DNA of 64,000 bases from a virus (lineage: Duplodnaviria > Caudoviricetes), in the IMG/VR virus record IMGVR_UViG_2524614847_000004, positions 32,001 through 96,000 of that record, one strand, 5' to 3'. The position numbers were made by a program, and so were the translations under genes. Numbering within the stretch: the stretch's first letter is position 1; every line of letters starts with the position of its first letter. Under the pieces are notes generated by a model. That model was not told the DNA's origin. It saw only the letters and a program-made list of their open reading frames with translations, and searched no databases. Shown here one piece after another: positions 30,398-41,093 of the stretch.

Positions 30398-30788
30398 TCT
30401 ATGTAAGGCTGAACTAGTACGTATGTTCTTTGTCCGTGAGTCTAATAATAGTATGTATGTTCGACTTTGTCAAGTGAGAAATATGGAATAAACTGTATAT
30501 TTTTTGGTTACTATTGGATATCGTGTCATTTATATTGATATGATATGATGGAACGTGTCGGAATATGATAGATTGATATGAATTAATTGTTGATGGGATA
30601 TGATGGTGGTTGTACTGATTGTACGTGATGTTATTTGGCTCATATACGGCTTGTAATGGTATGAATGATAAAGTGTAAGGGTAGAGGTTATAAGGCCCTA
30701 TATGAGTCTATAAATGCGTTGTATTAATAAAAGCTGAGTGATAAATGAATATCATGATATATCACAAGAAACCCTGATATAGCACAAT

Positions 30789-30974
30789 AGTATCTTTTCG
30801 ATACTAAGTATACTTTATATAGTTAATATCTTTTTTATACTTAAATCATTTATATGTCTAATTACTTTCATACGTAATATATCATAGGGCGAATTTGATA
30901 CTAAGTGTATTTCGGTATGTTAGTATATATTATATAGTCAGTATCTTTTTTATACTATTGGTCAAAAAGATACT
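30789..30974. repeat. Cluster of AGTATC-T-tract-ATACT quasi-palindromes
   Basis: Copies at 30789, 30825, 30940 and an inverted partial copy at 30964. Confidence 0.6.
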
Positions 30975-31933
30975 ATTGTAACGAACCTTGCCAAACTTAC
31001 AGACATATCATATCAGACTTGACGATACCTGACTATATTAAGGCATTGTAACCACTGCCCATTTGCTTGCTATAGTGATTCACTTACCCATCTTTTCACA
31101 ATTTTATTATCTGATAATATACACCATTAAAACTACAATTCACTACAATTCATTAATCATATCAGCCCATTATACAATATGTACAAATTCAACCATTACT
31201 AACTGTGCACTATTTTCACTATCATTGCACTAAACAAGAGTTTACCGCAGAGATATATAATAGCATACATTGAACATGTAATTATGCCCTATTAGATTAA
31301 GATACATATGCCTATTCGTTGTATACTATTTCATTACCCATGACCGGGGGTGTATTTACATTTTGAGACTGTTTTCACATGTCGGAATACCACATATCAG
31401 TTCCACTCACACATCAAGTTGAAATTTCAACCTCTTTTATTGTAAAACCATCCACCTATTGTGACTACAATTAACAAAATTATCAGACACGATAAAATCA
31501 TCATAATTTCATGTCTCAACTACATTTCTATCACAATCATTATCTAATTGTCTATACAATTCCAAAAATCACACAAAATGAGTTCGATAGTGAGTTCGAA
31601 GGAACACTTATAAAATATGGCCAAATTGAATTTACAGACAATTCAAAATCAGCACTTTTCACTCTCGGAAGTCGAACAAACCCTTGTAAAATAAGGCTTA
31701 TTACGAACTCACCCACATTTTCTTAAAAATCACATCTCTGATCTCTCTCCCACCATCACTCACACACCCAACAAACCAATACAGAATAAGCATTCGTTTC
31801 CTATATAATGTAAAAAATAATCTTTTCTACCGAACTCAACATTTTCACCATGTCCAAAATGATCGTTCTTATTGTGTATCCCATGGCAGAAATTTAAGGT
31901 CCTTAAAATTTTTAAAAAGAATTTAAAAACCTA

Positions 31934-31962
31934 TTGACAAGTTTAACCAAATGGTTTATGAT
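31934..31962 (+). promoter_or_regulatory. Rightward sigmaA promoter
   Basis: TTGACA-17-TATGAT. Confidence 0.7.
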
Positions 31963-32009
31963 TCAAGCAGTCTATTAAACGGAATTTACAAACCACAAGG
32001 AGGATCAAT

Positions 32010-32291
32010 ATGTTAAATGCATCAATATTAAAGCTAATCCCAGACAAACAGAATCAAAGTCAATCAAACTGCAATCAAGTAGCATTATCAAAGATCAAGA
32101 TACCACCGGAAATGATATCTCATTTACCAAAAACTAATAACCTCGCTGAGAAGTATACATATTTCAAATATAATAAGAAATTCAAATCTCCTATTGTCTT
32201 GGATAAGAATTACACCCTGGTAAATGGATACATTACATATTTGCTTGCTAAGATGATGGGATATGAAATCATTGAAGTAGAATTTAAATAG
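32010..32291 (+). CDS. Short ParB-N-like protein
   Basis: PIVLD...LVNGY..YL.AK.MG...I.V pattern. Confidence 0.55.
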   Translation: MLNASILKLIPDKQNQSQSNCNQVALSKIKIPPEMISHLPKTNNLAEKYTYFKYNKKFKSPIVLDKNYTLVNGYITYLLAKMMGYEIIEVEFK

Positions 32292-32446
32292 GGGGATATA
32301 TTTACATATGTAGAATTATTACGTTAGAGATGGTACTTAAGGAGAAGTACCTACCAGAGAAAAAGAGAATTCAGATTTGAGCGTTAGCGAAAATAGGGGT
32401 CTTATATGAATATATATTCTTATATGATAGGGGACTGCACTTTTTG

Positions 32447-32515
32447 CTACGCCAAACCGGGGTATACTTTCACATTTCTACCCAAAGTATCCTACGCGAA
32501 AACGGGGTATACTTT
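32447..32515 (+). repeat. 24-bp direct repeat, two copies (22/24 identical)
   Basis: CTACGC(C/G)AAA(C/A)CGGGGTATACTTT at 32447 and 32492. Confidence 0.75.
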
Positions 32516-32550
32516 TGAAATTGTAATTATGAAGGAGGTAATTAAGAGGT

Positions 32551-33420
32551 TTGAGGCTACAAAATCCCAAAAATATTAAATACAAGTCCCATGAGCAAAA
32601 AATCCAAGACAATATGGAATCATGGAATATTAAAAAGAGAAAATTTAAAGAAGATGAATTAGCAACATATGGTTTTACTGAGGAAGAAACCGCATTAATC
32701 CTTGAATATCAAGGGAAATTACCTATTTTGCAAGAAGATAACAACATGTGGATTGATGCAAGAATTTTATGGGAACAACTACAGGTTGGCAGAGATTATA
32801 CGACATGGATAAAACAGCAAATTTTAGATATGGATTTGCATGAAGGTAGTGAAATTAAGAAGACCCCTTCAAAGGGGAAAACCTCCAAAAAGGGAGGAAG
32901 ACCTTTAAATTATTATCAAATAACCGTAGAAACAGCAAAGCAAATAGCTATGGTTGCTGGTGTCAAAGGTGGTAATACATCTAAGGAATTAAAAGAGCTA
33001 TCTAAATTAACCCGTCAGTATTTTATCATAATTGAGAAGGCGTTCAAAAATAGAACAGATTGGAATTACGACAGATCAAACACTTTGGTAAGATTTAAAG
33101 ATTTACAGAGAGCTTTTATTGAGCATAGAGTGAAATTATTACCCTCTCTCCCACAGTGGGCGCATATGAAGCCACAGGTTACAGATTTCTGGGCGATTAA
33201 CGACGTAATTATCGGAATGACAGCCGCTAACTTTAGAAACGCAAACGGATTAGCGAAAAATGAATCAGTTAGAAATGTTTTTACAGAACAGCAATTAGAA
33301 TATGATACGGAGCTGGAGCACTTTGATGCTGATTTGATATTGGTACATAAAGTTTATGACTTCTGGGATCGGCATAAAAAACTACAAGAGAAGTTCATTG
33401 CAATGACCGGTGGTGATTAA
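32551..33420 (+). CDS. AntA/AntB-type antirepressor domain protein
   Basis: IDARILWEQL...DYTTWIK...GGRP...YQITVETAKQIAM. Confidence 0.7.
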   Translation: MRLQNPKNIKYKSHEQKIQDNMESWNIKKRKFKEDELATYGFTEEETALILEYQGKLPILQEDNNMWIDARILWEQLQVGRDYTTWIKQQILDMDLHEGSEIKKTPSKGKTSKKGGRPLNYYQITVETAKQIAMVAGVKGGNTSKELKELSKLTRQYFIIIEKAFKNRTDWNYDRSNTLVRFKDLQRAFIEHRVKLLPSLPQWAHMKPQVTDFWAINDVIIGMTAANFRNANGLAKNESVRNVFTEQQLEYDTELEHFDADLILVHKVYDFWDRHKKLQEKFIAMTGGD

Positions 33421-34257
33421 TTGAGCATTACACCACCGGAGACAACGTCTAATTACATAAGGGTTCCAAAAGAATTGATACTCGCTCCTGCTATTGGAGA
33501 TAAAAGAGTAATTTGCTATTCATATTTCTTCCAGAATATGACTAATGACAATACTGTTCTTTATACGTGTGATTATCTCATCCGATGGTGTGGGTTTACC
33601 CCTTCACGTAAAAAATCCAAAAAAGATAATTGCTCCATCAATGACAAGTTTTCGCAGGTCGTAGAATGGCTGCATCAAAATTATTACATATCAGATTTTG
33701 AGGCTGACGAATTTGGAGGACATAATTTTCAGTATTGTGCTGTAGATAAAGAGCGATTTTTTAGTAGTGGGAATTTTGCTATCATATACGACTTTGAATT
33801 TCAAATATTAAAGTCGTATGAATCTAAGTATAAACCACTTACTAACAGTGTGATTTTGCTGGTATTGACTTATATTCGCCTAAACATGTGGAGAAGAATA
33901 TATCAATATACCGGAGAGTCGGAAACGACAAAAAAAGAGAAACCGGAAATTTTCAATAAACAATATTCAGAGATCTCATCTGATTTAGGGGTATCGTCTC
34001 GCTTAATTTCTAGGAGTATTGATGCGTTGGAGAATTTCGGAATTATTGCAGTGAAACACATGCCTCGTTTCAAAGATGAGACAGGTCAATGGCACACTGA
34101 AGATACAATATTTGTAAACAGTTATAGATATCTTTATGATACAAAAACTCGGAAACATAAATTAGATTGTGACTACGACTACGAAAAGGAGATTCGATAT
34201 GGGATTAAATTTTTGCAAGAACGTAAATACAGCAGTAAAAAATTCTATCAAGACTAA
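33421..34257 (+). CDS. Winged-HTH DNA-binding protein (possible replication initiator)
   Basis: ISSDLGVSSRLISRSIDALENFGII HTH; N-terminal YIRVP. Confidence 0.5.
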   Translation: MSITPPETTSNYIRVPKELILAPAIGDKRVICYSYFFQNMTNDNTVLYTCDYLIRWCGFTPSRKKSKKDNCSINDKFSQVVEWLHQNYYISDFEADEFGGHNFQYCAVDKERFFSSGNFAIIYDFEFQILKSYESKYKPLTNSVILLVLTYIRLNMWRRIYQYTGESETTKKEKPEIFNKQYSEISSDLGVSSRLISRSIDALENFGIIAVKHMPRFKDETGQWHTEDTIFVNSYRYLYDTKTRKHKLDCDYDYEKEIRYGIKFLQERKYSSKKFYQD

Positions 34258-34272
34258 AAGGAGAACTAAATA

Positions 34273-34482
34273 TTGGATAAAGTTTACACCATGACGACTT
34301 GCGGCTACACTATGCCGTCAAGATCAGAACTACATAGAGAATTTGCAGGAGAGATTTCTGTAGCTGATTATTGTACATATAGTCCCAATGTAAATCGGAT
34401 AAATCAGTATACTTCAGTTGAACGTAAAAACAGAAACAAATACTATAAGATGATTGCAACAATGGGAGGGATTTGGTGCTAG
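34273..34482 (+). CDS. Hypothetical protein
   Basis: RBS; overlaps the RNAP start. Confidence 0.5.
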   Translation: MDKVYTMTTCGYTMPSRSELHREFAGEISVADYCTYSPNVNRINQYTSVERKNRNKYYKMIATMGGIWC

Positions 34483-37217
34483 ATAAGCAAATTCATATGT
34501 ATTCTATAGATACCGGACATTTTTTTGTGGGAAGAGAAAAGAAATTATATCGAAGAAATGTCTACTATAGAACATTGAAGAATAAAGAGTGTCAGAAAGT
34601 TAATCAGTTGGCTAATCAGCTTAGGAAGTTAGGGTATACACAGGAAGATGTAGAATTGTTAAATTCAGGAAAAATCGAGGGGATGAAGTATATTGCTAAT
34701 TCTTCTGAGCTAATGAGAAAGTACGTAATGGCAAAAGGTTATATTGAAAAATATAAACGTGAAGCTGAAATCTCTAAAAAATGCCTAATTAAATTACTAA
34801 ACAATAAGACAATTCACAATATTATTAGCAATGGTAGAGATCATAGTAGAGTTCTGAAGAAAGATGACTTATTTGAAAAGAATATTATTTCAGTTTTCGA
34901 ATCTTCACTGTCTAGAACCATTGGATTAGAAAAAGATTGTTTGACTAATGATTTGATGGTTGTACAGATATACTACTTCGATGTATTTAAAGACATATGC
35001 CACTTTGGTTATAATTATAACGGGGAAAAATACATTTATTTCACCTCATCCGCAGGACAGATACGTACAAAAAAGGCAGTATTTATCAAGGAATCCACAT
35101 ATAAGAAGCACGAGAAAACTATTATGTGCGGATTATCTATTGATAAAATCAACTTAAAAGGTGGAAATAACGTAAACAAACATCTGGCTTATACGGCACT
35201 CAGTAATTCTGCAACCGATCTATGGAGCGATTTTGACATCGACAAGGCAATTGTTATTGAGGATTTTGAAACGGATGTGTTTGGTACTTACGATTTGATA
35301 AATGATGAGGATTATACAATACAGAGAGTATCTGATTTTATTCCAATAACCCACACTGACGGAGCTGGTATGATTCTTTCTGGTAAAAATAAAATGTGTA
35401 GATTGCCATGGATAAAGGGGTTGCTTGGTGTGTTTGATTTTAGGTCTTTCATTTTAGAAAACAACTACTCTCCTATTGTGCCAGATATATATGGAAAGCT
35501 TCATGATATTATTGATGAAGATATTCAAACTATATTTACAAAGAGTCAATTTAAGATGTGGAAATATTATGATTCCTGGGAGCAATATAAGTACTATTTT
35601 AAAAAATACGGGTGTACAGCAGGAGTTTGTAATGTTGAAGAAGATAGAATTAAAAATGCAACAATAAACTACCAAATGCTTCAGACGCTTACTAACGTTA
35701 CAGACGGAAATTTGGAATATATATGCTCCAAATCACTTGACAAACTAAACAACATCTGTGCTTCAATAGATGGTATTTACAATGTATTTGGTGTCACTCC
35801 ATATAACAACAATATGACCTCTCTTCAAAAAGCGGTGAAGATGTATCCAAATTTGTTAAATGATGAGTATATGAAATCTGTTATTCGTGGGATCAAGGAC
35901 AGTCTAGTTAAGCAGTATAGAGCTGGTAGATTAGAGGTCGAAGGAAAATATACATTTATTTTGCCAGATTTTTACGCAGCCTGTGAATATTGGTTTGGTA
36001 ATGTCACAAATCCAAACGGACTACTGGGCGACGGGGAAGTATTTTCCAGGCTATTTAGAAATAATGAATATATTGATTGTCTAAGAAGTCCTCATCTCTT
36101 TAAAGAACATGCGGTACGAAAAAATGTTGCCTATGATGAGTGGATTACCAAAAAAGAAAGAGTACATAAGTGGTTTAACACAAATGCTGTATACACAAGT
36201 TGTAAAGATCTGATAAGCAAAATGCTACAATTCGATGTAGATGGTGATAAGGCTCTTGGTGTAGCTGATGAGAAGTTCATTGATATTGCAAGAGAAAATA
36301 TGAATGGTATCGTCCCCCTGTATTATAACATGAGAAAAGCTGCACCTCAGTTGTTATCATCAAAATCTATATATAATGGACTAATAGCCGCTTTTACTGG
36401 CGGAAACATTGGACTATACAGTAACAATATCTCTAAAATATGGAATAGCAATGCTTTTATCAATGGTTCCGTTGACGAGAAAAACGCTGCAATTGATATA
36501 GTTAAAATTCTGTGTATGGAAAATAACTTTTGTATAGATATGGCTAAGACCTTATATATGCCCACTCGCCCCCGAAAGATGAATAAAAAAATTCTTAGCT
36601 TTACTAGGAGTAAACTTCCGCTATTTTTCAAGTATGCAAAAGATAAAACAGATGATCAGGTTGAAGAATTTTTACCTACGACTGTTAATAGGATAGGGAA
36701 ATTAATTAAAAATCCAAGGTTGAATTTTAAACAGTTGAAAATAGAAAAGCCAGATTATAGATTACTAATGAATAACCCATATATCAACATTGATGAAAAG
36801 GTTATAGAAACTTACAATTCAAAAAATCAGACCTATCATTTCAAAATCAACATGAAGGATGACAGTGTGGATAATCTTGGTTATATATCACATGAAATTA
36901 AAACTGCTTTATCGGATACCGGATATTCCGATGTTGAGTTATGCGATATGTTGGTAAAATACTTATATGAAAAAGAGAGTAAAAACAAAGAGGCTTTGTG
37001 GTTTTGTTATGGTGATGTCATTGTTGATAATTTGGAATTTAACTTAAAGCCCAAAAAGACAAAATTTATTCAGTGTGTCGATTGCGGTGAATGGATAGAA
37101 GTGGATGCCCAAAATACAACTGCCTGTCGTTGTAATGAATGTCAAAAACTAAAAAACCGGACATATGAGAGAGAGAAAAAACGCAAACAACGGTTAAAAT
37201 CAAAATGTCCCTATTAG
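34473..37217 (+). CDS. yonO: YonO-like single-subunit DNA-dependent RNA polymerase
   Basis: Catalytic DxDGD (QFDVDGD), TDGAG, RLPWIKG and RSPH motifs; C-terminal Zn ribbon; upstream of the virion genes. Confidence 0.88.
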   Translation: MVLDKQIHMYSIDTGHFFVGREKKLYRRNVYYRTLKNKECQKVNQLANQLRKLGYTQEDVELLNSGKIEGMKYIANSSELMRKYVMAKGYIEKYKREAEISKKCLIKLLNNKTIHNIISNGRDHSRVLKKDDLFEKNIISVFESSLSRTIGLEKDCLTNDLMVVQIYYFDVFKDICHFGYNYNGEKYIYFTSSAGQIRTKKAVFIKESTYKKHEKTIMCGLSIDKINLKGGNNVNKHLAYTALSNSATDLWSDFDIDKAIVIEDFETDVFGTYDLINDEDYTIQRVSDFIPITHTDGAGMILSGKNKMCRLPWIKGLLGVFDFRSFILENNYSPIVPDIYGKLHDIIDEDIQTIFTKSQFKMWKYYDSWEQYKYYFKKYGCTAGVCNVEEDRIKNATINYQMLQTLTNVTDGNLEYICSKSLDKLNNICASIDGIYNVFGVTPYNNNMTSLQKAVKMYPNLLNDEYMKSVIRGIKDSLVKQYRAGRLEVEGKYTFILPDFYAACEYWFGNVTNPNGLLGDGEVFSRLFRNNEYIDCLRSPHLFKEHAVRKNVAYDEWITKKERVHKWFNTNAVYTSCKDLISKMLQFDVDGDKALGVADEKFIDIARENMNGIVPLYYNMRKAAPQLLSSKSIYNGLIAAFTGGNIGLYSNNISKIWNSNAFINGSVDEKNAAIDIVKILCMENNFCIDMAKTLYMPTRPRKMNKKILSFTRSKLPLFFKYAKDKTDDQVEEFLPTTVNRIGKLIKNPRLNFKQLKIEKPDYRLLMNNPYINIDEKVIETYNSKNQTYHFKINMKDDSVDNLGYISHEIKTALSDTGYSDVELCDMLVKYLYEKESKNKEALWFCYGDVIVDNLEFNLKPKKTKFIQCVDCGEWIEVDAQNTTACRCNECQKLKNRTYEREKKRKQRLKSKCPY

Positions 37218-37415
37218 CTTCCAAAATTAAAAAAGCCCGATACATTCGGACTAAAATCAACTTGATAAAAACTAAAAAGTCCGCATTTCTCGGACCAAAA
37301 AATATCCTCTACTATGGAAAGACAATTAACCAGCGACAGGAAAATAAAGGAGATTAAAAATTGAATTTATCATTTACAAACAACAGCTGCAACGTCTATC
37401 AAGCAACTAATATTA

Positions 37416-37745
37416 GTGCGACGGGTGGTGATTGATCACTTGGTAATCAATGAAGATCAGCTGATAAAAGATATTGCCTATAGCGAAGGCATAAATGTAG
37501 CAACAGTCCGCAAAGTGGTTAAAAGGATGGAATATACAATATTTGACTATTTGTCATTCGCTTCACCCGTAGAAAGTGTTACTGTTAAGATTATAGATGG
37601 TTTAAGTGTAGAAAGCAAGTATATTCCAGAAAAAATATGCAAGCACCCAGAAACTCAGGATGAAATAATTGCACCAAGCAGACTTAGATGCAAGCCAAAA
37701 ATCACTAGATATTTTAACAGGAAAATGAATTCAGATAATACATAA
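37416..37745 (+). CDS. HU/IHF-like DNA-binding protein
   Basis: LIKDIA...V...HPETQDEI...KPK arm pattern. Confidence 0.65.
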   Translation: MRRVVIDHLVINEDQLIKDIAYSEGINVATVRKVVKRMEYTIFDYLSFASPVESVTVKIIDGLSVESKYIPEKICKHPETQDEIIAPSRLRCKPKITRYFNRKMNSDNT

Positions 37746-37776
37746 AAGGTTTAATTTATAGATACATTCTCATAAA

Positions 37777-38289
37777 GTCGTTAGTTGACTTACATTCGGT
37801 AAGTAGATTAACGACACCTCTTCAATAACAATTGGTTTATGAACGGGAAACTGTATCAATAAAAATAAACTAACTCGTGAAGGATAAGGCTTGGTTCCTG
37901 AATGGGAGTAGGTAGCAATACCAAGAATTCCTTTGCCCTGGGGTTAGTTTGACAGTTTATAAAATACCCGTTTGCTTGGGTTATTGATACGATGATGTGG
38001 TTCAACATAACCCACTTTTCATATTTTAAAATAGCACTGAGTACGAAATTTAATATGAAGACTAAAAGTTGTAACGTGCCCGTAATAAGTGTCGTTAAAA
38101 ATTGCAGTTTTACGAGCTGTGGTCTACCGGAATAGAACGTTTTATGGGGACAGTGTTTTATACCGTTAAGGATAGAATTAGGCAGCTATCACGCCCTATG
38201 GGTCTTAAAGAGATGTCGGAGTGCCACCCGACTAACAGTATAGACATATTATTTCGTCAATAAGGTGTTGACAAAGGGGTGCATATGTC
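37777..38289 (+). ncRNA. Large structured non-coding RNA candidate (ROOL/GOLLD-like context)
   Basis: About 510 nt with no ORF in the track and nested helices; next to a tRNA. Confidence 0.55.
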
Positions 38290-38429
38290 ACACAAAAAAA
38301 TATTAATCAAAATAGACCTATTGGTATGCACAGCCAATAGTATTAGTAATTTTGATTATCTTCATAGTTTTTTGATTATTTGATACCATTCAAATAAGAG
38401 GACGTTTTTATATGAAGAATAAAAATTAA

Positions 38430-38517
38430 GCACCGATATGCAAATGGCTGAAGCAAGCAGTCTCCAAAACTGTGACCCATGAGGTAAACATTGTTTGTTC
38501 AAATCAAACTCGGTGTG
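38430..38517 (+). tRNA. tRNA-Trp(CCA) with an atypical long variable arm
   Basis: Acceptor GCACCGA/TCGGTGT; anticodon stem GCAGT/ACTGT with loop CT-CCA-AA; T arm GTTTG-TTCAAAT-CAAAC; 19-nt variable region. Confidence 0.8.
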
Positions 38518-38750
38518 CTACTCTCCTCTCCGGAGAAATTTTAAAATGAAAGTGAGTGAAATAAAATTTTACCAATAAGCAAGAAGGAAGCTAAGCTATT
38601 AGAATCTCAAGGTTACAAATATTCTGATCACAAAAATTTTTATGATGCAGATTTATGTCATTCTGCAAATAAGCGCCACAGAACGTATTATGCTGCTCCA
38701 AAGGTCGCTGTTATAAGAGCATTAAAAGCCATTCGTGGCGAGTAAATGGT

Positions 38751-39044
38751 ATGGGTGAAGAATACCGTGGTTTCATAATACAACGCACAGAAACGGGTTT
38801 TAGAGTGTGTAGAAGCGATGATAATAACATACATATCCATTTTAAAAATTATCATGCAGCCAAAAGGCTAATTGATAATGTGGTTGATGAAAAAATACCA
38901 CGCAGAGTAGGTAACTATTATTTATCATGTATTGCAAGACTAACCAAAAATGAGAAATATAAAGAAAAAGTAGAACAACTTCTTGAAGCCAGGAAAAGAA
39001 AATCTCGACAGAGATATTTTAATCCTCACAAGAAGTCTTTTTAA
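38751..39044 (+). CDS. Basic hypothetical phage protein
   Basis: ORF track. Confidence 0.6.
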   Translation: MGEEYRGFIIQRTETGFRVCRSDDNNIHIHFKNYHAAKRLIDNVVDEKIPRRVGNYYLSCIARLTKNEKYKEKVEQLLEARKRKSRQRYFNPHKKSF

Positions 39045-39059
39045 TTTGGAGGAATAATT

Positions 39060-39269
39060 ATGGCGTTAAGCGTAAAGGAAACTAGTAAGACAGACATTAA
39101 GATTAAAGGTTGTACTGTATCAGATGGTAAATTCTATGATGAAGGTACTGAAAAAAATCTAATAGATTTACTTGTTAAAACTTTTGGAGAAGATACTATT
39201 TTTGATTTAGCGGCCACTACTAAGATTGATGAAGAAATCGACATTAATGCAGTTAATGAAGACGAATAA
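39060..39269 (+). CDS. Small acidic protein (YonK-like by synteny)
   Basis: Position before the metallophosphoesterase; size. Confidence 0.5.
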   Translation: MALSVKETSKTDIKIKGCTVSDGKFYDEGTEKNLIDLLVKTFGEDTIFDLAATTKIDEEIDINAVNEDE

Positions 39270-39277
39270 GTTAGGCG

Positions 39278-40489
39278 GTGAATACAATAATTGACTTAAA
39301 ACGATTAGATAATGAAACCGACGAAGAATTGATTTATCGTATATGCTCCACGAAAGATGAGATTGGTTCTTGGCAGGATGTAGCTGATATACTAAATAAT
39401 CTGTTAAACACTGAATATACTGAATCAAAATTTAGAAAGCAGTTTCAATCATTTCAAAAGATGTTGGATGCTAATCAATCTCGCATATTAGAGGATGATA
39501 ACTATCTGAAAGAGCTTGAACTGAAGATGGAACAGATTAGGAAAGAGCGAATTAAATTACAGACCGCAAATATTGAGCGAAGTCGCGTAGACCGAAATGT
39601 TTCAAGACAGGAAATGTACTATGAGTTCGTCGGAAATCTATGTAATACTCTTCCACTTCCTGAATTTTATCCTGTGTCGATTCCACGTGATGAAGACAAA
39701 CGGTATTTAGTTACAATTGCAGATGTTCACTATGGTGCAAAATTCATAAGTGAGAATAACGAATATTCTCCAGAAATCGCAAGAGAAAGATTCGAAAGCC
39801 TTACCGGTGAATTAATTAATTTCGTAAGGCATAATGCTGTAAGTACTATTTATATTGCAAGTTTGGGCGATCTGATACAGGGATTATTGAGAGTTAGTGA
39901 TTTAAAACTAAACGATACGTCAGTCGTAAAGGCTACAGTTGAGATTAGCCGTATTATAGCTCTAATGTTGAATGAATTATCCGCATATGTAAATATTGAA
40001 TATTATCACGTTCCAAATGCAAACCATAGCCAAACTCGTCCGCTTGGCACTAAGGCGAGTGAAATTGCAGATGAAGACATGGAATATCTGATTGGTAATT
40101 ACATAAAGGACTTATGTTCTAGCAACGATAGAATCCATATAAATCTTGCTGAAGAGGGGAAACAATATATTCAGATACCAATATATTCCTATGAAATCAT
40201 AGCAATGCATGGGCATCAGCTGAAAAATATAGAATCGTCCATCAAAGATTTAAGTATGTTGAGACGTACTTTTCTTGATTACGTAATCCTCGGACATTAT
40301 CATGGAGGACGAGAAATACCAAGTTATGAAGGTTGCTGCAATGACACTGAAATTCTGGTGTCTCCATCATTTATTGGTTCCGATCCATATAGCGATTCTA
40401 TTATGAAAGGTAGTAAGGCCGCTGTAAAGATATATGGTTTTGATGATTTGTATGGACACACAGAAACATATAAGATTATTTTAAATTAA
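39278..40489 (+). CDS. Calcineurin-like metallophosphoesterase (YonJ-like)
   Basis: ADVHYG, LGDLI, NH, HGH and GHYH motifs. Confidence 0.85.
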   Translation: MNTIIDLKRLDNETDEELIYRICSTKDEIGSWQDVADILNNLLNTEYTESKFRKQFQSFQKMLDANQSRILEDDNYLKELELKMEQIRKERIKLQTANIERSRVDRNVSRQEMYYEFVGNLCNTLPLPEFYPVSIPRDEDKRYLVTIADVHYGAKFISENNEYSPEIARERFESLTGELINFVRHNAVSTIYIASLGDLIQGLLRVSDLKLNDTSVVKATVEISRIIALMLNELSAYVNIEYYHVPNANHSQTRPLGTKASEIADEDMEYLIGNYIKDLCSSNDRIHINLAEEGKQYIQIPIYSYEIIAMHGHQLKNIESSIKDLSMLRRTFLDYVILGHYHGGREIPSYEGCCNDTEILVSPSFIGSDPYSDSIMKGSKAAVKIYGFDDLYGHTETYKIILN

Positions 40490-40553
40490 ACATACATTTT
40501 ATGTTGAATCGCTATAGGCGGTTCTTTTTTAATTCCCAAAAAGAGGTGTATTT

Positions 40554-40748
40554 ATGAATGACTTTAAAACAATTGATACTTTAACAAAATTTCAAGAGAT
40601 AGCTAGCAAGAATAATGTTTCAGAAGATGATAGGGATTATGTTAGATATTTCCCATTAAAAATTGCAGAGTCTATTCTTTATGATTTAGGAGATGCCGAA
40701 GCGATTAGAATTGCAAATGCTATTATGGCAGTAGCAGAAAAGTCGTGA
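40554..40748 (+). CDS. Hypothetical protein
   Basis: RBS. Confidence 0.5.
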   Translation: MNDFKTIDTLTKFQEIASKNNVSEDDRDYVRYFPLKIAESILYDLGDAEAIRIANAIMAVAEKS

Positions 40749-40820
40749 CTGCTGTGCGGTCAAGTATGGGGTAGCTACTACCCTCTCTCATTATTTTAAA
40801 ATACAAGGAGATTTTTATAT

Positions 40821-41093
40821 ATGAACAAACCAGAATTAATTACCGCTATTGTAACTAAGACAAATTTACAGGTAAAAGATACAGAAACATTTTTAAAGGC
40901 ATTAACAGAAGTTGTAACCGAGGAATTGGTAAAGGGTGAAAAGGTTCAGTTGGTTGGATTTGGCACATTTGAAGTTGTCGAAAGAGCAGCTAGAGAAGGT
41001 CGGAATCCTAAGACTGGCGAAACACTTCACATCGAAGCGTCAAAAACGCCCAAATTTAAAGCCGGCAAAGCGTTAAAAGAAGCCGTAAAGTAA
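40821..41093 (+). CDS. hup: Histone-like DNA-binding protein HU
   Basis: VQLVGFGTFEV..RAAREGRNPKTGE...PKFKAGKALKEAVK. Confidence 0.95.
   Translation: MNKPELITAIVTKTNLQVKDTETFLKALTEVVTEELVKGEKVQLVGFGTFEVVERAAREGRNPKTGETLHIEASKTPKFKAGKALKEAVK

Noticed and set aside
37815-38281. Long-range closing helix CACCTCTT/AAGGGGTG for the ncRNA
   Set aside because: The 3' strand is equally explained by a local hairpin (38243-38289), so I did not use it as evidence.
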